Of a stretch of DNA of 64,000 bases, positions 48,415 through 58,448 are shown piece after piece. The notes beneath the pieces were generated by a model that made no database searches, had not been told where the DNA came from, and was given only the letters and a program-made list of their open reading frames with translations. The position numbers and the translations under genes are program-made. The stretch's first letter is position 1. Each line of letters begins with the position of its first letter. The DNA lies in contig CANAIR010000004.1 of the NCBI GenBank assembly GCA_947361355.1, positions 17,226 through 81,225 on the forward strand. The letters run 5' to 3'. Source of the stretch: an uncultured Clostridium sp. (lineage in GTDB: Bacteria; Bacillota; Clostridia; TANB77; CAG-465).

Positions 48415-49275
48415 TTACTCTCCTTTCAAATACTCTTTTAGCATATTTTCATAACTTTCTGGGAAAATACCTACACTATGTAATTTTTCCTTTGATAATT
48501 TTGAGTTATGAGGCCTTTTAGTTGGTGTAGGGAAAGCATCAGAATCTACTGGATTAACCTTTATATCTATACCTTTTAATTCAAATATCTTTTTTGCAAA
48601 TTCATACCAAGTTGTAAAGCCTTCATTTGTAGAATGATATATTCCATATTCTGGTTCTTTTTCTAAAATTTGTTCTATTATCTTGCATAAAGTTGTAGTT
48701 GAAGTTGGACTTCCATGTTGATCAGCAACAACATTTAATTCATCATGATCTTTGGCAAGTTTTAACATTGTTCTTACAAAGTTATTTCCTTGACCATATA
48801 ACCACGCTGTTCTTAATATATAATGTCTACTTGCCTTAGCAGCATTTTGCTCTCCTAAATATTTAGTTTTACCATATGCACTAACAGGATCTGGCTTCAT
48901 ATCTTCTGTATATGCTTTATCTGTTTCTAACTCACCATTAAACACATAATCGGTACTTATTTGTATAAATCTAGCATCTACTAAATTAGCAGCCTTTGCA
49001 ATATTTCCAACCGCAACACCATTTACAGAATTTGCAAGCTCATAATTTGTCTCACATCCATCAACATTTGTATATGCAGCACAATTTATTATAAAATATG
49101 GTTTTATTTCCTCTACTCTTTTACATACTGCCTCTTCATCACAAATATCTAACGTTTGCAAGGTAGTACCATACATCTCATACTCTGGATTTTTTTCAAG
49201 GCGTGAATATAACTCACTACCAAGCATTCCATCTTGTCCAATTACTAATATTTTTTTCATTTTTATCTCCTCCAT
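48415..49275 (-). CDS. rfbD: dTDP-4-dehydrorhamnose reductase
   Basis: 286 aa. Rossmann N-terminus, STDYVF and YGKTK motifs. Confidence 0.92.
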   Translation of the reverse strand: MEEIKMKKILVIGQDGMLGSELYSRLEKNPEYEMYGTTLQTLDICDEEAVCKRVEEIKPYFIINCAAYTNVDGCETNYELANSVNGVAVGNIAKAANLVDARFIQISTDYVFNGELETDKAYTEDMKPDPVSAYGKTKYLGEQNAAKASRHYILRTAWLYGQGNNFVRTMLKLAKDHDELNVVADQHGSPTSTTTLCKIIEQILEKEPEYGIYHSTNEGFTTWYEFAKKIFELKGIDIKVNPVDSDAFPTPTKRPHNSKLSKEKLHSVGIFPESYENMLKEYLKGE

Positions 49276-50685
49276 TTATATAAGAGCCATAAACTCTTTT
49301 TCTATTTTTTCCATTTCTTCTTTAGTCTTACCTTCAAATCTTACAGTAATATTTGGTCCTGTATTTGAAGCTCTAACTAATGCCCATCCATTATCGAACT
49401 CAGCTCTTACACCATCTATATCATTTATATTATATCCTTTTTCAATACAATAATTTTTTACCTTTTCAATTACTTTAAACTTTTCATCATCAGATGACTT
49501 AATTAAAATTTCTGGCGTTGAATAATATCTATTAACCCCATCTAAAAGTTCAGATATATTTTTATTTGTATTAGACAAAATCTCTATAATTCGTAAACCT
49601 GCATAAAGTCCATCATCAATATTTGGCCATCTATCATTAAACCAAACATGACCTGAAAGCTCACTTCCAAAAGCAAATTTTTCTTCTCTCATTTTTGCTT
49701 TCATATATGAATTCCCAGTTCTATAGCATACAGGCTCGCCACCAAGTTTTATAATCTCATCTGGTAAAGATTTTGAACATTTAACATCAAATAGTGCTCT
49801 TTTATTTGATACCTTGCTCATCAAATCTCTCCATATAATGATTGCTAAAAAATCAATATATATCATATTTCCTTTTTCATCTATTATACCAACTCTATCA
49901 CCATCGCCATCTATTCCTATTCCTATGTCTGCGTTATTTTCAATAACTGCTTTTTTTAAATCAGCATTATTTGCCTCAACACTAGGGTCTGGATGATGGT
50001 TTGGAAAATTTGAATCTGATTTCATATAAAGCTCAATAAGTTCAATATCAAACATATTATACATTTCTTTAGCAATTATTGAAGCTGTACCATTAGCTGT
50101 ATCAACAACTGCTTTTATTTTTCTTTTACCTAATTTTATTGAATTTTTAACTAAATTTAAATATTCATCTTTTATTTCTTTTTTTTCTAAAATTCCAATA
50201 TTTTCTATTATAGTATTAGAATCTATTAAATGTTTAGTTGTATTTTCAACAAAAACTCTAAAATCTTGTATCATTTTACCACAAGCATTTCCAAAGTTAT
50301 CAAAAGATATTTTCAAGCCATTATACTCTTTTGGATTATGACTAGCAGTAATCATAATACCTGGCATTATTTCATTTTTATTATCATTTAAATACATTTG
50401 TGCAAAATAATACATTGGTGTTGTAACAAGTCCAATTAAATCTACTCTAACATTACCAGAAGATAATATTCCACTTACAAGAGCATCACATAAAGGCTCA
50501 GAAGAAGATCTATTGTCATGACCTACAACACATCTATTATATCCTTTTTTTAAAATATATTTACCATAAGATATACCAATAGTATACGCTATATCTTCAT
50601 TTAAATCTTGTCCATAAATTGCCCTGATATCATATCCTCTAAATATATTAGGATTGATATTTTGAACTAAATTATATTTTTTCAT
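49276..50685 (-). CDS. phosphoglucomutase/phosphomannomutase family protein
   Basis: Active-site loop TASHNPKEYNGLK and metal loop GIDGDGDR. Preferred ATG 50683-50685 behind AGGTGG. The ORF track opens at 50700. Confidence 0.88.
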   Translation of the reverse strand: MKKYNLVQNINPNIFRGYDIRAIYGQDLNEDIAYTIGISYGKYILKKGYNRCVVGHDNRSSSEPLCDALVSGILSSGNVRVDLIGLVTTPMYYFAQMYLNDNKNEIMPGIMITASHNPKEYNGLKISFDNFGNACGKMIQDFRVFVENTTKHLIDSNTIIENIGILEKKEIKDEYLNLVKNSIKLGKRKIKAVVDTANGTASIIAKEMYNMFDIELIELYMKSDSNFPNHHPDPSVEANNADLKKAVIENNADIGIGIDGDGDRVGIIDEKGNMIYIDFLAIIIWRDLMSKVSNKRALFDVKCSKSLPDEIIKLGGEPVCYRTGNSYMKAKMREEKFAFGSELSGHVWFNDRWPNIDDGLYAGLRIIEILSNTNKNISELLDGVNRYYSTPEILIKSSDDEKFKVIEKVKNYCIEKGYNINDIDGVRAEFDNGWALVRASNTGPNITVRFEGKTKEEMEKIEKEFMALI

Positions 50686-51021
50686 TATACCACCTGCCAT
50701 GATTATATCATAAAGAAATCAAAAAAAAAAGTTTTTTTGACAAAAAAATATAGTTTGCAAATTTCAAAAAATTTACATAAAAATATTTATTTTTCAAGCT
50801 TTATGAATATTAAAAGGTTTATATTATACAAGGTTTAAATAATTAATACAAAATAAATAAATGAAATAAAATTAAATAATAGAAAAGAACTAACACTAAC
50901 ACTTTAGTATAAATTTTTTATATAAATATTTTACTTTATTATAGTTATAATACTTTTACTGTATTAATTCACATTTTACTATACTTAATTTTTTTACAAG
51001 TATTTAATAAAAAAGTAAAGA

Positions 51022-51061
51022 CTCTACTAAAATATAAATATACCTTATAATTTTAGTAGAG
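51022..51061 (-). terminator. intrinsic terminator after mrdA
   Basis: CTCTACTAAAAT / ATTTTAGTAGAG 12-bp stem followed in the minus sense by a U-rich tract. Confidence 0.55.
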
Positions 51062-51076
51062 CTATTATATATATTT

Positions 51077-53211
51077 CTAAAAACTTATTCGACTTTCAAC
51101 CACATTCGCCTCCTTTTCATTTGATTTATCAGCAGTAGAAATATTAAAGTATTCTTCCATAATTGGTTTTACTACATTTGCAGTATAAGTTCCTTCTTCA
51201 CCATGTTCTATAACAGCTACAACTGCAATTTTAGGTTTTTCATATGGTGCAAATCCAACAAATATTCCATTATTTGAACCACTTGTTACCTGAGATGTAC
51301 CAGTCTTTCCTGCAACAGTAATATTACTATTTTTAAACACTATATTAGCTGTTCCACCACTTTCATTAGTAACTGACAACATTCCTTCTTTTATAGCATT
51401 TAAATATTCTTTATTAATTTGTAAATCCTTTGGTTCAAAATTTACTCCAGTATATTCATTTGAATTTTTTTCAACTTCACTAGCTGGAACTGAAACTAAT
51501 GTAGTTTCATCTTTTACTTCTTTTATTATTGATACTTTATTTAGTTTACCACCATTTGCAATAGCAGATATATAGTTTGCCATTTGAACAGGAGTATATG
51601 AATTTGAAGATTGTCCTATTGCCGCAGATAATGTATCACCCAAATACCATGGTGACTTTAATCCATCTTCTGATTTTAAGTCAGCCCCAGCAATTTCTCC
51701 AATTGCCTCTTGTGGAAGTTCAACACCAGTTTTTCTTCCCAATCCAAACTCTTTAGACCATTTTACAATTTCAGCTATTCCAACTCTTCTTCCTACTTCA
51801 TAAAAATATATATTACAAGAACCTTTTATGGCATCAGAAACATTAACCCATCCATGAGTTGTTCCATTTTCAGAAAACTTCCAGCATTTTGGATGATAAC
51901 CATACTGATATATACCTGTATCAAGATATTTTTCATCAACAGTAAATTTGCCTGTTTGCAAACCAACTAAACCAACAAGCATTTTATATGTTGAACCAGG
52001 TGCATAAGTACCAGAAATTGCTCTATTATACATAGGTTTTAAAGAATCGTTAGAAAGTTTATTCCAATCACTTGAACTTATACCATTAACAAATAAATTA
52101 GTATCATAGTTTGGATAGTTAACCATTGCTAAAACTTCACCTGTTTGACAATCAAGAACTACAACGGAACCAGATTTTGCATCTGCAACAGGCTTTTTCT
52201 TGAAAGTAATTGAACCATCTTGCAAACCATGTATGGTATTTTCCAAAGCTTCTTGTGCAACCTTTTGCAATCTAAAATCTATTGTTAAAGTGACACTATT
52301 TCCAGATTTGGGTTCTTGTGAAATAGTCTCAGATGATATATTTCCTTGAGAATCAGTCTCAACTTTTTTTACCCCATCTATTCCCTTTAGATATTTATCA
52401 AAAGTAAGCTCAGCACCTGATTTACCAATCACACTATTTACAGTATAACCTTTATCTTTTAAATTTTTGTATTCTTCACTACTTATCTTACTAACATAAC
52501 CAACAACATGTGATAAAAGAGTAGATGTGGGATAATACCTTTTTGGAACCGAAACAACATTAAAACCATATAACTCATTTTTCTTTTCTTCTATTTGAGC
52601 AACTGATTTTTCTGATATGTCTTTTGCTATTGTTGCACCAGCAAATAATGAATAAGCATTAAGATTTGCTTCATATTTAATTTCAATAATTTTAATTTGG
52701 TCTAAAATATCATTGCTATATTCTTCAAGCATATACTTTTTTATATAAAAATCCAAAGTTTGTTTAAAATCATATTCTTGTGGTATATTCATTTCTGTTT
52801 TCCATTTTTTTTCTTCTTCCTCTGAAGAAAAATTAAACCCGTTTTGTTCATCATTAATTGGAAATGTAGAATATATTTTATCATTATTTTTTTCAAGTAT
52901 TTTTATAAATTCATATATTGACTTATTTTGTTGCTTTACATCTACATTTACTTTATATAAATTAACATTAAAAGAAAGTTTGCTTGTAGCAAGAACTACT
53001 CCATTTCTATCGTATATTTCTCCTCTTGGCGCAACTATATTTTCTGTTCTTAACATTCTTTTTTCAGATTGTTGCCTAAATTCTTCTCCCTGTATTACTT
53101 GTATACTAAATAGTTGTAATACAAAAATTATAGAAACTAAAACAACTATAATTGCTAAAATAAGGCTCCTATTTCCAAAAAAACTTTTTATAAGACCAAA
53201 AACCTTTTTCA
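51077..53211 (-). CDS. mrdA: penicillin-binding protein 2 (elongation transpeptidase)
   Basis: SxxK (GSTYK), SxN (SCN) and KTG (GKTGTS) motifs. N-terminal TM helix. Preferred ATG 53209-53211 behind AAGGGGGG. The ORF track opens at 53257. Confidence 0.9.
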
Positions 53212-53246
53212 TATTGCCCCCCTTAATATTTACTGACACAAAATAT

Positions 53247-53786
53247 TTAAAATCCACTTAAATCTTTTCTAATTCTACTGTCAAAATATTCTATTATATT
53301 GTGTATAATAGAATATACTATAAATACTATAACTATATTTAATATAGAACTTATAACTACTTGTTTAAAAAAATAAAACATATTACTATATACTCTATAT
53401 ATAAAAAGATAATATAGATATTCTATAAATTCAAATAAAAATGTAGACAATATAGTAACATATACAAGTGATATTTTATTTTCCTTATTATACTTATTAT
53501 TCAAATAACCTACTAAAATTCCAACAATTGTATATGAAATCAAAAATATACCATTAAATGAACTAAATAGTAGTTCTGTAAAAACTCCTATTATGAATGA
53601 AAAAATTCCTCCAACTTTTTCACCATACCAGGCGCTAACTACAATTACAGATATTAAAATAAGGTTTGGTTTTATTCCAAACAAATCTCTTGAATTAATT
53701 ATAAATATTTGAAATGCAAAAATAAATATAATTAAAATTAATATATACATAAATGTTATAATTTTTTTTTTCATTTTTATTTCCAC
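53247..53786 (-). CDS. mreD: rod shape-determining protein MreD
   Basis: About 175-aa polytopic membrane protein immediately downstream of mreC. The start is GTG 53786 or ATG 53774. Confidence 0.75.
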   Translation of the reverse strand: MEIKMKKKIITFMYILILIIFIFAFQIFIINSRDLFGIKPNLILISVIVVSAWYGEKVGGIFSFIIGVFTELLFSSFNGIFLISYTIVGILVGYLNNKYNKENKISLVYVTILSTFLFEFIEYLYYLFIYRVYSNMFYFFKQVVISSILNIVIVFIVYSIIHNIIEYFDSRIRKDLSGF

Positions 53787-53794
53787 TTTCTATT

Positions 53795-54640
53795 TTAATT
53801 AACAATGACTCCCACTTCAGAAATTGTTCGAATATTTACATTAGGAGTTACTATTGCATATCTATTCATATCATTTTTACTTTTTACTATTTCTGTTATT
53901 TTTCCTACTGGTATAGATGAAGGATATGTCATTCCAAGCCCTGACGTATATAATACATCATCAATTGATATTTCAGCATCAAGTGGTATAAAATTTAAAC
54001 TTAATTTATTTGATGATTTTAAGTTTAAATCGCCTTTTACAACAGCTGGCTCATTAATTGTACTTATATTTACACTAACTGATGACGAAGGATCAAGTAT
54101 TGTTGTAACAGTTGATGTATCATCTTCTACATTTGAAATATAACCTACTAAACCATCTGTATGAATAACTGAAAATCCTTTTTGTATGTTATCATTCTTA
54201 CCAATATTAATTTTAAATGTTTGAGTCCAATTATCATGTTCCCTATATATAATTTTTCCCATTTTTATATTAAAATGTTGATACGCTTTTTTTATCTCTA
54301 ACATTTGCCTTAATGATACATTTTCATCAATTATTTTTTGTGATTCTATAAGCTGCATTTTTAAATTATTAACTTCATTTTGTAACTGTTCATTTTGTTT
54401 AGCAATATTTTTTTTATTTGCAAAATAGGTTTTACAACCACTATATATACCATTACCAAAATCATATATTTTATTAAAAGGATAAATTACGATAGATGAA
54501 ACTTTTGATAGTACCTTATTATTTGAATTTTTAAATACAAATGATGCAAATACTATAAGTAATATAATAGTTAAAATAATAATAATGATTTTTTTTATAT
54601 TTTTCTTTTTATTATCACCAAAATTATATATATAATCCAT
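53795..54640 (-). CDS. mreC: rod shape-determining protein MreC
   Basis: 281 aa. N-terminal TM helix, coiled coil (QNEQLQNEVNNLKMQL), beta-rich C-domain. Positioned between mreB and mreD. Confidence 0.85.
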   Translation of the reverse strand: MDYIYNFGDNKKKNIKKIIIIILTIILLIVFASFVFKNSNNKVLSKVSSIVIYPFNKIYDFGNGIYSGCKTYFANKKNIAKQNEQLQNEVNNLKMQLIESQKIIDENVSLRQMLEIKKAYQHFNIKMGKIIYREHDNWTQTFKINIGKNDNIQKGFSVIHTDGLVGYISNVEDDTSTVTTILDPSSSVSVNISTINEPAVVKGDLNLKSSNKLSLNFIPLDAEISIDDVLYTSGLGMTYPSSIPVGKITEIVKSKNDMNRYAIVTPNVNIRTISEVGVIVN

Positions 54641-54781
54641 AATATCTCCCTTTCAATATAAATATTTTTTTCTAAATAGTAAATAAATATTTTAAGTTAT
54701 ATTTTTTATTATAACTTAAAATATTCAAAAAATATGTATAATTTTGTAAAACACATTAAATTTCTATTTTACATTTGCTTT

Positions 54782-55798
54782 TTATCTCTTTCTTGTTTTT
54801 ACAGCTTTTTTTAGTACTTCAATACTATTTAAAGCAAGTCCAACACCTTTGGCAACACAAAGGCATGGTTCTTGTGCAATAAATACAGGAATCCCAGTAT
54901 TTTCTGATAAATATCTATCAATATTTCTTAAATTAGAAAGTCCACCTGTCAAAACTATACCTCTTTCCATTATATCTGATGCAAGCTCTGGAGGAGTTTG
55001 TTCTAATGTAAGCTTAACTAATCTTAATATCTCTTTTAATGAATCAGAAATTGCTTCGTTTATATCACTTGTTGTTACAGTTATTGTTTCAGGAAGTCCA
55101 GTTGTTAAATTTCTCCCCTTAATAGATAACTTATCCTCTGTCATAGTTGTAGTAGCAGCGCCTATTTGTTTTTTCACTTCTTCTGCTTCACCAACACCAA
55201 TAATTACATTATACTTTTGTTTAATAGACTCCACAATATCAGCATCTAATTTTTCGCCAGCAATTTTAATTGAATTTGATACTACAATTCCACCAAGTGA
55301 TAGCACAGCCATCTCACTTGTTCCACCGCCAATATCGACAATCATAGTTCCTTCTGGTTGTTCAACTTTTATTCCAGAACCTATTGCAGCAGCCATTATT
55401 TCTTCAATTAAATATACATCTTTTGCACCAGCTTTATACGATACTCCTTCTGCTGCCCTTTCTTCAACATCAGTAATTCCTGATGGAATAGATACAACTA
55501 ATCTAGGTTTAGAAAAAATACTTTTAGGTATAACTCTAGATATTAACGTTTGTATAAGCATTCTAGTAGCTGAAAAATCAGCAATAACACCATCTTTTAA
55601 TGGTTTTACTGCAATTATATTATCTGGTGTTCTACCAAGCATTTCTTTAGCTTGTTTTCCAACAGCAAGTATTTCTGATGTTATTTTATTTATTGCAACT
55701 ACTGATGGTTCTTCTAATACTACACCTTTACCTTTTACATGAATTCTAATATTAGATGTTCCCAAATCAACACCTATATCTTTTGACATTATACCCAT
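54782..55798 (-). CDS. mreB: rod shape-determining protein MreB
   Basis: 338 aa actin-like ATPase (DIGVDLGTSN, DIGGGTSE). Confidence 0.95.
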   Translation of the reverse strand: MGIMSKDIGVDLGTSNIRIHVKGKGVVLEEPSVVAINKITSEILAVGKQAKEMLGRTPDNIIAVKPLKDGVIADFSATRMLIQTLISRVIPKSIFSKPRLVVSIPSGITDVEERAAEGVSYKAGAKDVYLIEEIMAAAIGSGIKVEQPEGTMIVDIGGGTSEMAVLSLGGIVVSNSIKIAGEKLDADIVESIKQKYNVIIGVGEAEEVKKQIGAATTTMTEDKLSIKGRNLTTGLPETITVTTSDINEAISDSLKEILRLVKLTLEQTPPELASDIMERGIVLTGGLSNLRNIDRYLSENTGIPVFIAQEPCLCVAKGVGLALNSIEVLKKAVKTRKR

Positions 55799-55861
55799 TT
55801 TTCTATCACCTTTTTTCTTTTACTTATTTTCTACATTTATTACAATATATATACTATTCTT

Positions 55862-56557
55862 CTAAAATTTTCCTAATTCTTTTAAGCTCACATAATTATT
55901 CTTTGCAATTATTATATGATCTAATAATTCAATATCAAACATTTTTGAATACTCATAAATTTTTTTTGTAAAAATTACATCATTTTTACTTGGAAAAAGT
56001 GAACCGCTTGGATGATTATGAACTAAAATAATAGAATTAGCCAAATATTTTATAGGTTCACTAAAAATTTCCTTTACACCAATATTTATATTATCATTTG
56101 AGCCCATAGCATTTGTAACTATTGATAATATATTTTTTTGCTTATTTAATAAAATAGTTTTTAAAGTTTCCTGTTTCTTTCCAATATAACTTTGTGCAAG
56201 TAAATTAAATACATCTTTTGGACATATAATTTTATCTTTATTTATCTCATATGTTTTTGAGATTCTTTTAGATAATTCAACTACTGCTTTTATTTGAATA
56301 GCTTTTACTCTTCCTATTCCATCAAAAGATTTTAATTCAGCTAAAGATAAATTAGATAAATATTCTAAATCTGTCATATTAGAATTACAATTATTACTTA
56401 ATATATTTTGTGCAATTTGTAAACAATTTTGCTTTAAAGTTCCTGTTTTTATAACAATAGCCAAAAGTTCTGAGTTTGTTAAGCTAGCTTCCCCTAATAA
56501 TTCTAGCTTTTCATATGGCCTATCACTAAGTGGTATCTCCGTTATATTTTTAGCCAA
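55862..56557 (-). CDS. radC: RadC-family JAB-domain protein
   Basis: 231 aa. HhH region and JAMM-like motif (ILVHNHPSG). Confidence 0.88.
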   Translation of the reverse strand: MAKNITEIPLSDRPYEKLELLGEASLTNSELLAIVIKTGTLKQNCLQIAQNILSNNCNSNMTDLEYLSNLSLAELKSFDGIGRVKAIQIKAVVELSKRISKTYEINKDKIICPKDVFNLLAQSYIGKKQETLKTILLNKQKNILSIVTNAMGSNDNINIGVKEIFSEPIKYLANSIILVHNHPSGSLFPSKNDVIFTKKIYEYSKMFDIELLDHIIIAKNNYVSLKELGKF

Positions 56558-56802
56558 TCAACAACAACCTTTGAAAGTAGTCCAAATAATACCATGCCAA
56601 TTACTCCGCCTACTGTTACTTTTACCCAAAATCCTATACTAAATTGTAAAAAAGATAAGTCTATTACAACTGGAGTTTTTATTCCTATTTCACCGCCAAG
56701 TGAAAGCCAACTTAAATAGGATACAGAAGATAGCGACTGACTTATAGCAAGTCCTACTACCATTCCTAATATACAAAAAATTATAATTATTGCTCTTTTC
56801 AT
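56542..56802 (-). CDS. DUF4321-like small membrane protein
   Basis: 86 aa, two hydrophobic segments. Its position upstream of radC-mreBCD is typical of this family. Confidence 0.6.
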   Translation of the reverse strand: MKRAIIIIFCILGMVVGLAISQSLSSVSYLSWLSLGGEIGIKTPVVIDLSFLQFSIGFWVKVTVGGVIGMVLFGLLSKVVVDWLKI

Positions 56803-56839
56803 ATTATACCTCTTTTCTCATACGTTCACTATGTTAATT

Positions 56840-56868
56840 ATTATATAACTTTTTTACAAATATTTCAA
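56840..56868 (-). promoter_or_regulatory. sigma-70-type promoter (TTGAAA-17-TATAAT) for the DUF4321-radC-mre operon
   Basis: Minus sense TTGAAA (56863-56868), 17-nt spacer, TATAAT (56840-56845). Confidence 0.55.
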
Positions 56869-56982
56869 TAATATTTCAAAAATATGTTACCAATTTATAG
56901 CATATAAACTATATATACTATATTCTTATTTTTTTATTATTTTTATGCCATCGGTATCTAAACAAAATCAAGCAACATTAAT

Positions 56983-57011
56983 TTGACATAAGTAGTAAAA
57001 AATGGTATAAT
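56983..57011 (+). promoter_or_regulatory. consensus sigma-70-type promoter (TTGACA-17-TATAAT) for the plus-strand gene pair
   Basis: TTGACA (56983-56988), 17-nt spacer, TATAAT (57006-57011), 56 nt upstream of ATG 57068. Confidence 0.6.
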
Positions 57012-57067
57012 TTATATAGATGTATAAATAACTTTTAATTTAATAATAAAAAGAAAAAGGAGAAATT

Positions 57068-57802
57068 ATGAAAAAATTTTTTGACAAAGTAAACTTTAAT
57101 ATGGAATATTTACCTTTTTTAGCAATATTCTTAGTTATAGCATATTTTATTGTGCTTTCAGTTTTCTTTACAGATCCAACTACCAATTCTAAATCCGAAT
57201 CTTCATCTTCGTCTTTAATAACAAGACTAGAAAAAAATACAGGACAAATTGAAATAAGAAAAATATATTTTCATCCTAATAAAAAATATAGTATATATTT
57301 AGGAGATGAAAAAGTTGGATACATCACAAGTAACAATCCTATATTTAGAGGAAAGACCTTTAAAATTAGGGATTTAGATGGAAATGTGATACGCTCAGAA
57401 AAAGAAAGTAAACGCTTTCTTACATTCAATAGAAGTGCTACATTTTTTGATTTGAGCGGGTATGAAACAATAAAAATCAAAGAAAATAAAGGAAAAAATA
57501 TAACAGAATTTAATCCTGAATATAGGTTTGGTATATTTAATAATTCAGGAGAAATAATCGGCTATACAAAAGCAAACTTTTTTTCTATTTTGAAAAAAAC
57601 GCATGCAATTATAGATAGCATGGAAAATAATTTGTACATAATAGAAAAAACTGGCTTTTTTCCTAAAAAGTACACAATTGATATAATAGAAAAAGATTTT
57701 AACTCAATTGATGTACGTGACGCTATCTTATATACAGCAATAAATGATAACATCATATCACAAAATTCAAATTATTCGAATCACAAAATTCAAATTATTT
57801 AA
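57068..57802 (+). CDS. membrane-anchored hypothetical protein, possibly LURP-one/YxjI-like (tubby-C-like) fold
   Basis: 244 aa. N-terminal TM helix. Repeated segments such as FKIRDLDGNVIRSEKE and FGIFNNSGEIIGYTK resemble YxjI-type repeats. The family call is tentative. Confidence 0.55.
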   Translation: MKKFFDKVNFNMEYLPFLAIFLVIAYFIVLSVFFTDPTTNSKSESSSSSLITRLEKNTGQIEIRKIYFHPNKKYSIYLGDEKVGYITSNNPIFRGKTFKIRDLDGNVIRSEKESKRFLTFNRSATFFDLSGYETIKIKENKGKNITEFNPEYRFGIFNNSGEIIGYTKANFFSILKKTHAIIDSMENNLYIIEKTGFFPKKYTIDIIEKDFNSIDVRDAILYTAINDNIISQNSNYSNHKIQII

Positions 57803-57817
57803 AAGGGAGAAAAAATA

Positions 57818-58021
57818 ATGAGTTTAAGTTTAGTAATTGCAATTGTATTTTTATTTGTCGACATTTTTTTGTTTTTATACAATTTTTGTGATATAGAAAT
57901 TATAACTAAAGAAAATTGTACATTAAGCATTGATAATCTTAAATGTCTTATATTTTTAAGCATAAGTGCTAAATCTATGTTTTTTGGTATACCTGTTTTA
58001 TATATTTTGTCATTTTTTTAA
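57818..58021 (+). CDS. 67-aa two-TM membrane protein
   Basis: ORF behind GGGAGA RBS, two hydrophobic helices, followed by a strong terminator. Confidence 0.5.
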   Translation: MSLSLVIAIVFLFVDIFLFLYNFCDIEIITKENCTLSIDNLKCLIFLSISAKSMFFGIPVLYILSFF

Positions 58022-58031
58022 AAAACATGAT

Positions 58032-58066
58032 AAAAAGTGGAGAGTAAATTTTTTCTCCACTTTTTG
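58032..58066 (+). terminator. bidirectional intrinsic terminator
   Basis: 12-bp stem AAAAAGTGGAGA / TCTCCACTTTTT between convergent genes. Confidence 0.7.
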
Positions 58067-58074
58067 TTATCTTT

Positions 58075-58353
58075 TTATGTATTAGTTGTACCTGACTCAA
58101 CAAATAAATTTTTGATATCTACTTTAAAATAATTTAACACATCACTTACATCAATATTGTAATTTTCTATTAAATTTTCTTCCTCCTTGCTAAAATCTGA
58201 GTCATTATTTGATATAACCCTTTGTAATAGATTGCTTACAAAATGATAAAATTTATCTTTTTCTTCTTGTACATTTTCATTTATATTATATTTATTTAAA
58301 TTATTTTGAAAGTATAATTCACTTTTATCTTTTATAATATTTATATTTAACAT
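58075..58353 (-). CDS. hypothetical acidic protein (92 aa)
   Basis: ORF only. No family recognised. Confidence 0.45.
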   Translation of the reverse strand: MLNINIIKDKSELYFQNNLNKYNINENVQEEKDKFYHFVSNLLQRVISNNDSDFSKEEENLIENYNIDVSDVLNYFKVDIKNLFVESGTTNT

Positions 58354-58448
58354 ACTATTATTATGTATAATTTTTTTAAAATTATAACTTCAATAATTAT
58401 AATAATAAAAATTTATACTGTTTTACTTTTTATTTTTTCTAACACATT

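Noticed and set aside
50722-50740. An A10 run followed by a T7 run just upstream of the pgm start, considered as a hairpin or terminator.
   Set aside because: It is a pure A/T pairing with essentially no loop, which is thermodynamically negligible. It is most likely just AT-rich spacer or part of the promoter region.
54686-54725. A 16-bp inverted repeat between mreB and mreC, considered as a terminator.
   Set aside because: The stem has a single G-C pair and is not followed by a U-run in the minus sense. mreBCD are normally co-transcribed. At most it is a weak attenuator.
54849-55742. A 297-aa plus-strand ORF in the track, antisense to mreB.
   Set aside because: It lies entirely inside the well-supported mreB gene on the other strand. 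Its composition is low-complexity Ser/Ile/Pro-rich, typical of shadow frames, and it has no RBS.
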